64,000 nucleotides of DNA from positions 5,146,001 to 5,210,000 of the forward strand of contig OX597823.1 in NCBI GenBank assembly GCA_951406725.2, read 5' to 3'. The notes under the pieces are model-generated. The model saw only the letters and a program-made list of their open reading frames with translations, searched no databases and was not told the origin of the DNA. A program made the translations under genes and the position numbers. Positions 51,501 to 63,500 of this stretch are shown in pieces (the first letter of the stretch is position 1; every line of letters begins with the position of its first letter). Source of the stretch: Octopus vulgaris. Its lineage: Eukaryota.

Positions 51501-54500
51501 TTCATCTTTTCTGTACCAGAAGCATTTCTGTAAGTTGTGGATTACTTTTTATTTTGGTTTTGACTTTAAAAAATAGAAAAACAAAAACATGGTAAATATT
51601 ATTATAGCCAATATTTTACTGAGTAGCTGTGACAATTGTATTTTAATTTTAATTATACTTTAATTATATTTTAATTTTAATAATGTTATATCCAATCCAT
51701 GCCTCATGGAAAATGATGATTTTTCTCTGTAATTTTCTATTTTTCTTAATTTTTAGGTTGGCGCAGAACTGAAGACCCTTGGTGAATTAGATGATACCTA
51801 TATTTTATACACATCTGACCATGGCTATCATCTTGGACAATTTGGTCTTATTAAAGGAAAAGCAATGCCCTATGACTTTGATGTACGTGTCCCTCTAATC
51901 ATTAGAGGGCCTGGAATAAAGCCAGGCATTAAGTAAGTTCATCATCTGTTTCTGGAATAAACGCTGGAAAAAAACTGAAATCTGTGTGTGAGAGAGAGTG
52001 AGTTGTGTGTCAGAAAGGAAGATTTTGTGTGAAAGGGAGGAATATTCCTTACTGTACAGGCACTAACTCAGATGATTCAGACATGTCATGTACATGTCTG
52101 ACTTTTATCTTCCTTGTAGGGATCAATATGGCCAGCTATGCTATGTTTGGCACTTGGATGGAGGACAAAACAACAAGTTGAAAGAATTGCTTAAGACTAC
52201 AGTGAAGGAAACCAATGTTGATTCTTCAAAAGTGGAAGAGCTTGTGGTTTGTCACTAGCTGGGGTTGTCTCATTGTTAAAAGGAGATTGAAGATATGAAG
52301 GAAAAATTCCACTCAGCAAAGTGATTACACTGCACTTTGCTGTGCCAGTCAGATCAGCATGCAGAACCCCTGCTTGATGCACAGGTGACGTCTGCACCCA
52401 GAATAGTGGAATGGAGACTTGATAGCTTTCACATTGGGGGTTTCCCTTTTCAATGTATTGTATTAGCATGAGCAAACAACACATAGATGATTAGTGGAGC
52501 CATCCTCAGGTATTTCTGAATGGTGTAGTCCAACATTTTTGTGTTGAGCTGGCACTTCATGCTCTTTGGATTCATGGTAGGCCATACTACTTCTGTACTT
52601 TCCTACCAGATCCAGGGCATACTCACCCAGAAATTTTTGGAAGGTGTACTCTTTAGCATTTTCTGGACAGTGACTGGAAAATCGCATAGGTATTGTATAT
52701 AGTGCAAATGATAAATGATAAATTACACTACAGTTCTTCTCAGCCACTGATAATGCTAGCTTGTTTTGTGTAGTCTGGTTATAGAATCATTTTTTCTGTA
52801 TCCACCATGTACTGACTTATTTTTACACACTAGAGCTCATTTCATTCTGAAATTTCTCCCTATTTCTACAAGAACATATCACCAAAACAATTGGACTGGG
52901 CGTAGATATATCGTCTTACTTTTGGATGTAACAAGCATTCTGATTGGCTGATCAAAACGGGGCCAAAACACTCGTAATCAATGACCTTCCACAGCATGTG
53001 CATGTTTAGCATTGCTACTGCTATACTGGTGTTAAGAACTTTAAAGGTTAATAATGACTATGTTGTTTTGCTAAATTTTTTATTATTTTCAGAATTAATT
53101 GAAACAAAAACAGTATATTTCGATAGAAATATGGTAACAAAAGGGTTAAGTAAAGCAAAAAGTATTCTTGTAGTTGAAAGTATTTAAAAGAAATTAATCC
53201 AGCAATTTACATTTTGAAATTTTCTACAATCATAAATGATTCATCTTGCTCTTTGAAAGTATTTTTATAACACCATTCTTATCTAATTTTCAGTATCAAC
53301 AATTTAGTTGCCAACATTGATATAGCGCCAACCATCTTGGATATGGCTGGGATTGATATACCTTCTGATATGGATGGACGCTCTCTTCTTCCTCTCTTGA
53401 AAGCTGCCAAAAAGTGAGTTTCAGATTTTGTTTTATAAATATCTTTTAAAGATAACAATAATTGTTTTTTGTTTTTTTTTTTTTTTTTGGTTGATTTGGT
53501 CCTACGAAGTATTGTTGTCATTCAACGTCCATATTCCATGCTGACATGAGTTAGCTGGTTTGACAGGATCTGATGGGCCCAAGGACTGCACGGTGCCCTA
53601 GTGTCTGCTTTGGTATGGTTACTACAGCTGAATGCACTTCCTACTATCAATCACTTTACAATGTGTACTGGATGCTTTTTTTGTGTTACTGACACTATTG
53701 AGGTCCCTATTTAGCATACAAGACTATGCAGGCCAAGGTGGGTGGTTTGGGGCTTTATGCTAGGAGATAATGGTTAAGGTATGAGGGAAGTGGGGATGGG
53801 GCAGAACAAGTTCTTGTTGGAGAGGAGCTACATTGGTGAGAACAAATGATTAGTAACTGTCAAGAGACAAATAGGGGTGATGAAGGGTCCAGGTGGCACC
53901 CTCAGGGTATGAGATGTGTATAAATGGGTGGGGACAGGGAAACTAGGAGCATATGTGGAGGGGTGGGAGTAGACTAGAGATAGGGGTGGGGGCGAAGCAT
54001 CATAAATGAAAGGGGAAATTATTGTAATTTATATGCAGAAACATTTCTGTAGGACTACAAGTTCTTTTTCTAAAGAAGCATTAGTCTGTTGTTGTTGATG
54101 ATGATGATGATGACAATTAGGAAAGTATCAACGGTGAGAGAACAGACTTAATTATGCAATTCCTTTATTACTGTAAACTATTCATCGGTCACACTAACGT
54201 TAAACCATGTATTTTATTTATAGAATACTTGTAGAAACAAAATTATCCTCATTAATTTATTAACGAAACAAGATGCTTTGTCAATGAATATATGTATATA
54301 TTAAATTGGAAGCAGGTGACACGTGTTAGCTTTTCTGTTTCGTTATGCAAATTCTCATTAAATACACACTTTTTAAATATTAATGATTTCACCACAATTG
54401 TTTAATCCCGTATATTCTCACATTTTTGACAAAAGCAAAGACACAACTGTGTAAATAAGAAGTTTACTTCACAATCACATGGCTTTGGGTGTCTCCTTTT

Positions 54501-57500
54501 ACTGTTACCTCAGCTTGAGCAATGCTTCATGAGTGAGATTTGATGAACAGAGGCCTTGTGTAGTTTTGTGTGTGTGTGTGTTTGTATATTTATATGTCTG
54601 TATTGGTGTGTGTGCTGTTACACCTGCCTGTAAACCAGTGTTGTTATTTATATGGAATCCCTTTATGGCCTGTAACATAGCAATTCAACAAATACAAGAA
54701 GAATAAAATAATCAAATTAAAATATATATTGCAGTTAATATAATAAGCTAAAATTCTCGAAGGTGGTGCCCCTGCATGGCCACAAGCCAATGACTGGAAC
54801 CAGTAAAAGAATGAAAAAGAATAGCTTAGCCTTCATTGTAACAAGTTGTCAAAAAAAATATTTGTTTTCTCTGGAGTTACCAATTCTCTGCAATGCACAC
54901 TACATGCATGGTTAATTCCTCTGACACATTCTCCAGTATGTGACTAGGGAAAGCTACCTACCATATGATAGGCTATCACACAATGCCCTTTTAGCCCTTT
55001 GGATACCAACCCTCCTGGGGCAGCTTCTGGTTCTATGATACAAACTTTCTGTTTTAACCTTTTCAAATACCAACCTCCCTTCTATTGCATCTGGTTCTAT
55101 GTTATAAAGTTCCTGTTTTAAAATGATCTGAATTAAAACTTTCCACCAAAATTTCATGTTGATTTATGTTCCAAACACCAGATTAATAATGATAAAGTTA
55201 TTTTGCTAAATTCTTCATTATTTTTGAAATTAACTAAAACAATGAGAATGTATTTTGACAGACATGTATGGTAACAAAAGGGTTAAAATAAACCAAATTA
55301 AAACCTTCCATCAATTCCATGTAAATTTTTAAAATAATGAAAAATTTAGTGAAAAATGTCATCATTGCAAAGCTGGTGTCTGGAGCATAGATTAACTGAA
55401 ACAAAGGCAGGATGTTTCATCCGAAATATGTTAACAAAAGGTTTGATATATCAACACATTAACAAGTTTATTATTCCTTTTGTTTCTGTCTCAGCTATTC
55501 TGCAGAATACTGCTGATTGCTCTTATTTCTTTCAGTCACTTCCAAAACCTCATGCTTAAAAATTTAGCTTGATTTTTGTTTTTTGCGTCCTTGATGTCTA
55601 TGCTTCTGTATCTTTTTCTCTGATCCTAGGTCTGCTCCAACAATATAAAGAGCTAGGTGTCAGCCATGAACAAGTATGGCTTGGCAATGTGTACTATGCT
55701 TCCACTAAATACTTTATAAGTAGGCATACACACCATTTCAGTACTCTCAAACACATCAAGGATGTGACAACTGGAGGGAGAGAGAATTGAACCAGCACTT
55801 TGCTTGGCTACTACTCATTTTATACTGGAGCAATGTAAAGTGCTTAAGTGCTTTGTTTAGTGACACATAATGCCCTGTCCAGAAATTGAACCAATGGCAT
55901 TGAATCTGAAGCATACACCCTCATACCTCACCCCTACAATGATATAAATTAACCATTAACCCTAATCCTTTCCATCAGCAACCTCAAACTCTGCATTACA
56001 AGTTGTCATCAGGTCAAAATTTATGAGCATAACTTTGTATTGTGAACTCAGTAAACATCTGTTATGTTTTATATTCCTTTATTCTAAAGCAAACCATTCA
56101 CATTCTTAACTGACAGAACAGAGTTTAGAACGTGTTATTTTAATTGAAATTTTCACAATTTATAAGAAAAACGAAAATACAAGAGGGAATGGATAAATAG
56201 ATAGAAGTTTCTAGAACTATTCCACGATAGTGTCTGTTATCAAGAAGAAAGAAAACTGTACGAAAGTTCTTCCAAGATCTTTCAAAATCTCTTAGCATTT
56301 GAAACTAATTATGATTGTGATGCAATTTTTTAATAGTTACATAATTAGCTAAACTACTTAGTAGATAGCAAGTAATGTTTGACTGTTATATTTTACTTGC
56401 TATATTTTATGTAGGTTATCTGGATATGATCATAATAAATAGCAGTTTATGAGCTCATCATTATCTCTCTCTCACAACTCAAACACAGTAATGTAGATAA
56501 GTGTTAAGCTAATAATTACTGGTATTGATGATGTTATTGCTGTCATTATTCTTCCAGCTCTTTATGCTCTGAGTTCAACTCTTGCCATGGTCAACTTTAC
56601 CTTTCATCTTTTGTGATTGATAAAGTATAGTACCAGACAAGAACTGAGAAAGTATAGAACTGGGGTCAAAAGTATTGATTTTTCCCCTCCCCTCAAAAGT
56701 TGTTGGCCTTATGTTGAAATTAGAAACTGATAATGATGGCAGTCCCATTAAGCACCAGGAAAATGCTTTGCTGCATTTGTTCCAGCACTTAACGTTTTGA
56801 GTTCAAATCTGGTTGAGGTCAACTTTACCTTTTATTCTTCTGGGCTCAATGCAATAAAGTACCAGTCGCCTACTGTAGTCAGTGGTATTAACTGAACTTC
56901 TCTCCTCAAAATTTCTGGTTTAGTGCCAAAATTTGAAACTGTTATCATTATTATTATTATTAACCCTTTCATTACCAACCCGGCTGAAACCAGCTCTGGC
57001 TCTGTAGTACAAATGTCTTGTTTTCATAAGTTCTGAATTAAAATCTTCCACCAAACTTTAGTCACAATTTATGTTCCTAACACTATCTAAATGAAAGCTA
57101 AGCTATTTTACAAAATTCTTTGTTATATTCAAAGTAATTGAAACAAACACAGAGCATCTCAGAATAAATACAGTGACAAAAGGGTTAAAGGGCAGCAAGA
57201 TGGCTGAATCATTAGCATGCCAGGCAAAATGTTTAGCAGCATTTCATTCATCCTTACATTCTGAGTTCAAATTCTAGCAAAGCCAACTTTGCCTTTCATC
57301 CTTTCAAGGTTGATGAAATAAGTACCAGTTATGCACTGGGGTCAATGTAATCAACTAGCCCTCTCCTCCAAAATTTCAGGCCTTGTACTTATAGTAGAAA
57401 AGATTATTATTATTGTTGTTATTTATTAAAAAGATGGTGAATTGGTAGAATCACTGGAGCAATGGACAAAGTGCTTGGTGGGGTTTCGTTTGGCCTTTCA

Positions 57501-60500
57501 TTCTTTTGGTGGCAGTGGTGGTGGGAGGGGGAGGGTAAAAAAATAAGTAGCAGTTGAGCATTGGGGGGTCAATGTAATCAGCTCCCCCCACCTACCCTCA
57601 TAGATGCTCTTTTGCTGAACCACCAAGTTATGGAGATGTAAACACACCAACACCAGTTGTGAAGTGGGGGTGGGGTACCCCCACCCCCATACAATGGGCC
57701 TCTTTCAGTTTCTGTCTACCAAATCCACTCACAAGGCTTTGTTCAACCTGTGGCTATAGTAGAAGACACTTGCCCTTGGTACCACACTGGGACTGAACCT
57801 GGAACTCTGTGATTGAGAAGCAAACTTCTTACCACACAGCCATGCCTAAAATTTTTGCAAAATACATGATGGTGATGATGATGATGTATTTTGTTTCTAA
57901 CTTTTCCATTAGTCTGTATTTCTTATCCATAATGTCTCATAATGATGGGACACAGTTGTAATTGAGAAGCCCATGAATACTCCAACATCCATTGTTGCAC
58001 TCCCAGTTACTTGGCTCCCCATTAAAAGACACCTCGTATGATTTCACAGAACTTTTATTTGTTAACTTCTCTCATTTTTTTTCTTTTTATTCAAGAAATT
58101 ATGTACAGTGAGTATTTAAAAAAAAACAAGAATGCTAAGATATTTTAGTATATTTGCTTAAAATACGAGGCTGAGAACAGTCTCTTGGAATCCTGTCATC
58201 CATTAAGATATTGCAATATGTGGAGACTGTAGATTAGGGTTTTATTGTGAAATTTTTACATGTTAATTAAGATACTGTATAATTGAAGAAAAAGTTCTTT
58301 TTTTCCTGCAGTATAAGTAAAGGAGGTTTCGTCAGTCGAAACAAGCCATGGAGAGACACAGTGCTTCTTGAAAGAGGGTAAGTGATTGTTATTATTAATT
58401 ATTATTAATTTTCATTGAAGTAGATTTCATTTTCTATTTCCTCTCTATACTAATAAATATTGATCTCCATATAATAAATAGTTACACTAATCTACACTAT
58501 ACTATTATAAAGAAAGCTGCTTATTAATTAGTTTAGTGAATGTATCTTTCATCAAAAGAAAGCAATTATTATTAAAGCCTTCACTGTCTAGAAAATTCTT
58601 ATAAATATCATTTTAATATAATTTTTTTTATCAAAATGTGGTTTTCAAGTTACTTTCATCAACGAAGATTTCAACTTCATGATTTAATTACAAAACATAG
58701 TTATCCTACTTGTATGATAGTGTTTTTTAACATTCCTGATTATAGTTCTGGAAATTTAAAGGTTGCCTAATTATTTGAAATGCGTCTTTCTTCAGTTATA
58801 TCATGTAAAATAAACATTTCTCCAAATTATAAGTTCACTTCAGTGTCAGCCAAATTGTGTTGATTCCAGCATCCTTTCATTTTTGTTAGGTGTTGTTGAA
58901 GAAATAGAAATCAGAATAAGAAAATTTGTTTTACTTAAGTCCTTTGCAAAATATAAACTTGTATAAACTGATCATTATTGTCTTTTTGTTATTGTTTTCA
59001 GTAGTAATTTAGGTGGTCAGTTGAAGTCTTTGTAGTGTTAAGTAAATGATGTAAGCCTATTCCTTGATATGATGTTTTGGTGCAGGATCCAGATACCAAC
59101 TGCAGACTTTAGCTAGTTTTCCACTTTAAATTTCAGTGTTGTTTCCCTTGTTTTTGACAAGAATTATTTACGTGAAAGATTTGTTCTTCTGTTCATTATG
59201 AGTGTAATTTTATTTGGTCAAAAATTATTCTGTGAGACTCAATACATTAAGTACATCAGTCCTCTGTTAACTATGCATCCTTCTCAAAGAAATCATAATT
59301 AAAAAAATTTTCTGTTGCATTATTTTCAGTTACCTAATCAGTGATGTTTTTTTCACTAAAATCCTATATATCAGCATAGCTGTTGCAAAATCTGGTAATT
59401 GTGAGTGACAGTGCTTTGTTGAGGAAATATACTAAAGTTGTCACCGTACTTGCAAAAAAAAAAAAAAAATCAGATTTTCTTCTCATTTTATGCTATCAGT
59501 TTTTATTTTGAAGTTGCTCCCCTTTCCTTGATAAGAATTATCATTAACATTAATTTCTATGTGGTCAATGAGGAAACTAGGGATAGACAAATGGTTAGTG
59601 AGAGCTGTGCAAGCCATGTACAGGGATGCTGTCAGTAAGGTGAGGGTTGGCAACGAGTACACTGAAGAATTCAGGGTAGAGGTAGGGGTCCACCAAGGTT
59701 CAGTCCTCAGCCCCCTCCTATTTATCATAGTCCTCCAGGCAATAATGGAGGAATTCAAGACAGGATGCCCCTGGGAGCCCCTCTATGCTGATGACCTTGC
59801 TCTAATTGCTGAGTCACTAACAGAACTAGAGGAGAAGTTTCAAGTGTGGAAACAAGGATTAGAATCAAAGGGCCTTAGAGTCAACCTAGCTAAAACCAAA
59901 GTCCTAATAAGCAGGAAGGCAGGCAAACCACAAATCCCTTCAGGTAGATGGCCCTGCTCGATCTGTAGTAGAGGTGTAGGTAGAAATTCTATAAGATGTA
60001 CCCAGTGTAAGCTATGGACACAGAAGAGGTGCAGTAATATCAAAGGAAGGTTAACTGGGAAGACAGTTTTTGTATGTGGCAGATGCTCAAGAGCAATAAA
60101 CACTGAAAATGTGCAGAGAATAACTTCCGCCACATTCCAAGGAGAAAAACTACAAGTAGTTGATAGCTTCTGTTACCTAGGTGACCAAGTCAGTGGTGGG
60201 GGAGGGTGCTCTGAAAGTGTAGCTGCTAGAATAAGAATAGCTTGGGCAAAGTTCAGAGAGCTCTTACCCCTGCTGGTGACAAAGGGCCTCTCGCTCAGAG
60301 TAAAAGGTAGACTGTATGATACATGTGTACAAACAGCCATGCTACATGGCAGTGAAACATGGGCTGTGACTGCTGAGAACATGCGTAAACTCGCAAGGAA
60401 TGAAGCCAGTATGCTCCGATGGATGTGTAATGTCAGTGTGCATACTCGACATAGCGTAAGTACCTTGAGAGAAAAGTTGGACCTAAGAAGCATCAGATGT

Positions 60501-63500
60501 GGTGTGCAAGAGAGACAACTGCGCTGGTATGGTCATGTGGCGAGAATGGATGAGGATAGCTGTGTGAAAAAGTGCCACACCCTAGCGGTTGAGGGAACCT
60601 GTGGAAGAGGTAGACCCGGGAAGACCTGGGATGAAGTGGTGAAGCACAACCTTCGAACTTTAGGCCTCACCAAGGAAATGACTAGTGAACGAGACTTTTG
60701 GAAATATGCTGTGCTTGAGAAGACCCGGCAAGCCAAATGAGACCTTGTGGCCTGTGCCAGGGGTGTAACCAGCCCACTTGTGCGTACCTTTTCCTTCTTT
60801 GGACGCTAAACTCTGCTTGCAAAGACCTGTTGAGGCAAGTGAAATTGAAATCAAAATCAAATTCGATGACGGGCACGAGCACCATACGAGCGTGATTGTT
60901 AGAGTGGCTAACTGACTTCCGTGCCAGTGGCACATAAAAGGGCACCGTTCGAGTGTGATCGTTGCCACCCTTGCCTTACTGGCACTTGTGCCCCATGCTA
61001 GTAGGGTGCTAAGAGCACCATCTGAGCATGATCATTGCCAGAGCGGCTAACCGGTGGCATGTAGAAGGCACCGTTCGAGCAGGATCGTTACCAGCATCGC
61101 CTTGCTGGCACCTGTGCTGTTGGCATATGTAAAAAAAAATTCGAGCAAGGTCGTTGCCAGTACCACCTGACTGGCCTCTGTGCCAGTGGTACGTAAAAGC
61201 ACCCACTACACTCTCGGAGTGGTTGGCATTACGAATGGCATCCAGCTGTAGAAACTCTGCCAGATCAAGACTGGAGCCTGGTGTAGCCATCCGGTTTGCC
61301 AGCCCACAGTCAAACCGTCCAACCCATGGTAGCATGGAAAGCGGATGTTAAACGATGATGATGATGATGATGATTACAGGCATAAAATTAACTAATTATG
61401 TATTTTCTTTTTCTTTTGTGGGCTGGGAGCATCACTAACTCGTGTTCACTCCTACATAAGTAACAGTGCTCAGAATATTTGTGCCTACATTCGAAGGGTT
61501 TTAACCTTCTTGTTACCATATTTCTTTTGAAATATTCTACCTTTTTTCTGTTAATTTCTAAAATATCAAAGGATTTGGTAAAACCACTTTGTCATTATTA
61601 AGTTGGTATTTGGAATATAAATTAACATGAAATTCTAATAGAAGTTTTTAATTTAGATCACTTTAAAACAGTAAGTTTGTATCACAGAACCAGGTGTAGT
61701 CTCAGGTGGGTTAGTATCAAAAGGATTAAATATTTCTAGAATGTTCCCTTAATGTAAAAATGTCCTTGAAGTTTACTTGGTCTCTGTTAAAAATAATCTG
61801 CATTATTACTCAAAGAATCAGTCAGTTTTTCTATTAGACTATTTTATGGTTTTGCTAACTTAAAATGTCAAAGTTGTTTGCACATTAGATTTAAAATTAG
61901 CTTCAAATGGAGTTTGTATATAGATATACAGATGCATCCATTGCAATTTAAAGTTTAAGTTACTTGACAAATCACTGGTGTTTATAGCTTTGTGTGTATT
62001 GTATTTGTATCCCTTGTTGCAAATACTGGGTTTGATACAGGGTATATATATGTAGAAAATAAAACAGAGCAGGAGAGATTGTTTGTAAGAAATTTAGTTA
62101 CACATTTTATAGACATCACCAGAGTTATGCAAGTTTTGTGCATAAGATTATTGGAATGAAAAGATAGCAGAATCCACCGTTTTCCAGATGGCTGGTGGCT
62201 TATGTATAGAAGTTACATGTCTCTGATGATTTGACAATACATTGTGGTTGAATGTAGGATTTTGGTGATGGTTGTGGATGAAGTAGTAACATTAGTGCTA
62301 GTACATCAGTGTAGTAAATTCATTAGTAGGGTGTGTTGAAATAGAAATGAAAAATCTTATAGAATAGAGATGTAATGATAGAAGAAATAAAGTTATGATA
62401 GATCATATGATAAATCTTAACTAAGATCTAGAGATTATCTGGGAAACCTGTTAGATTGTATTTCTTCTTTAGCTATAGTTGATAATCCTGATGGATAATG
62501 TGGAAAGTCCATTCCAGTTTGTGTGGAAACAGCATTCTGCTGTGGAATATTGAATCTTTTATCTGCTGTTTGTGGTTAAAAGCATCTTTAATTGTGAAGG
62601 GGAAGCTAAATCTTATAGGAACAGTTTTTACAAATTTCAGAATACAAAATTTTAAAAAAACAAACAAAAGCCAAGACAAAAAAAAATAAACTCTTAAGTA
62701 TCTATAGAGAGAAAGAGATGATGTTATACCAGTTCAAACTGGGTTTTTTTCAATTAATTTTGAGAATAATGAAGAATTTGTCATTATTAAGCAGTTATTT
62801 AGAACATAAATTAATATGAAACTTTGATAAAAGCTTTTGATTTAAAGCACTTTAAAATTTGAAGTTTGTGTCACAGGACCAGGAGTGACTCCAAGTGGTT
62901 TGATATCAAAAGGATTAAAAGAACGGGACAAATATGTTAGAAAAATGTTCCAAATACCATATTAAATTACACAATCTTCATTTCAATTCATTCTGAAAAT
63001 AATGAATTTATTAACATTATTATTAAGCTGGTATTAGAAACTTAAATTAACATAACATTTTCATGGACAGTTTTTGTTAACTTTATTCATTTTGTTACCA
63101 TATTTCTGTTGAAATACACTGCTAATATTCAGCTGGTATTTGGAAGATAAATAAACATGGAATTTGATGGAAGGTTTTAATTTAAATCAATGTAAAAGAG
63201 GCAGTTTGTATCATAGAACCGAGAACAATCTCAGATAGGTTGGCATCGAAAGGATTAAAGCAGAAATTTTGTATCATAGAACTAGAGGTGGCTTTGGGTG
63301 GGTTGATTGCAAAGGTCAGTTTTGGTTGATCAAAGATATAGGTTCATCTCTTATATACAAGAATTAAATTAAGAACAAAAATAATTATGTAGTCTTTTCA
63401 GCAGCTAATTAACCTTATTAATTTGTTTCTTTTAATGGTTTGTATGTGTCTGAGGGAGGGACTCCTGTTGAAACTAAATATTCTCTTCATATGTCTCTGT

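Noticed and set aside
53279-53521. 80-aa - strand ORF
   Set aside because: Antisense to Sulf exon 7, which has the conserved motifs and splice sites.
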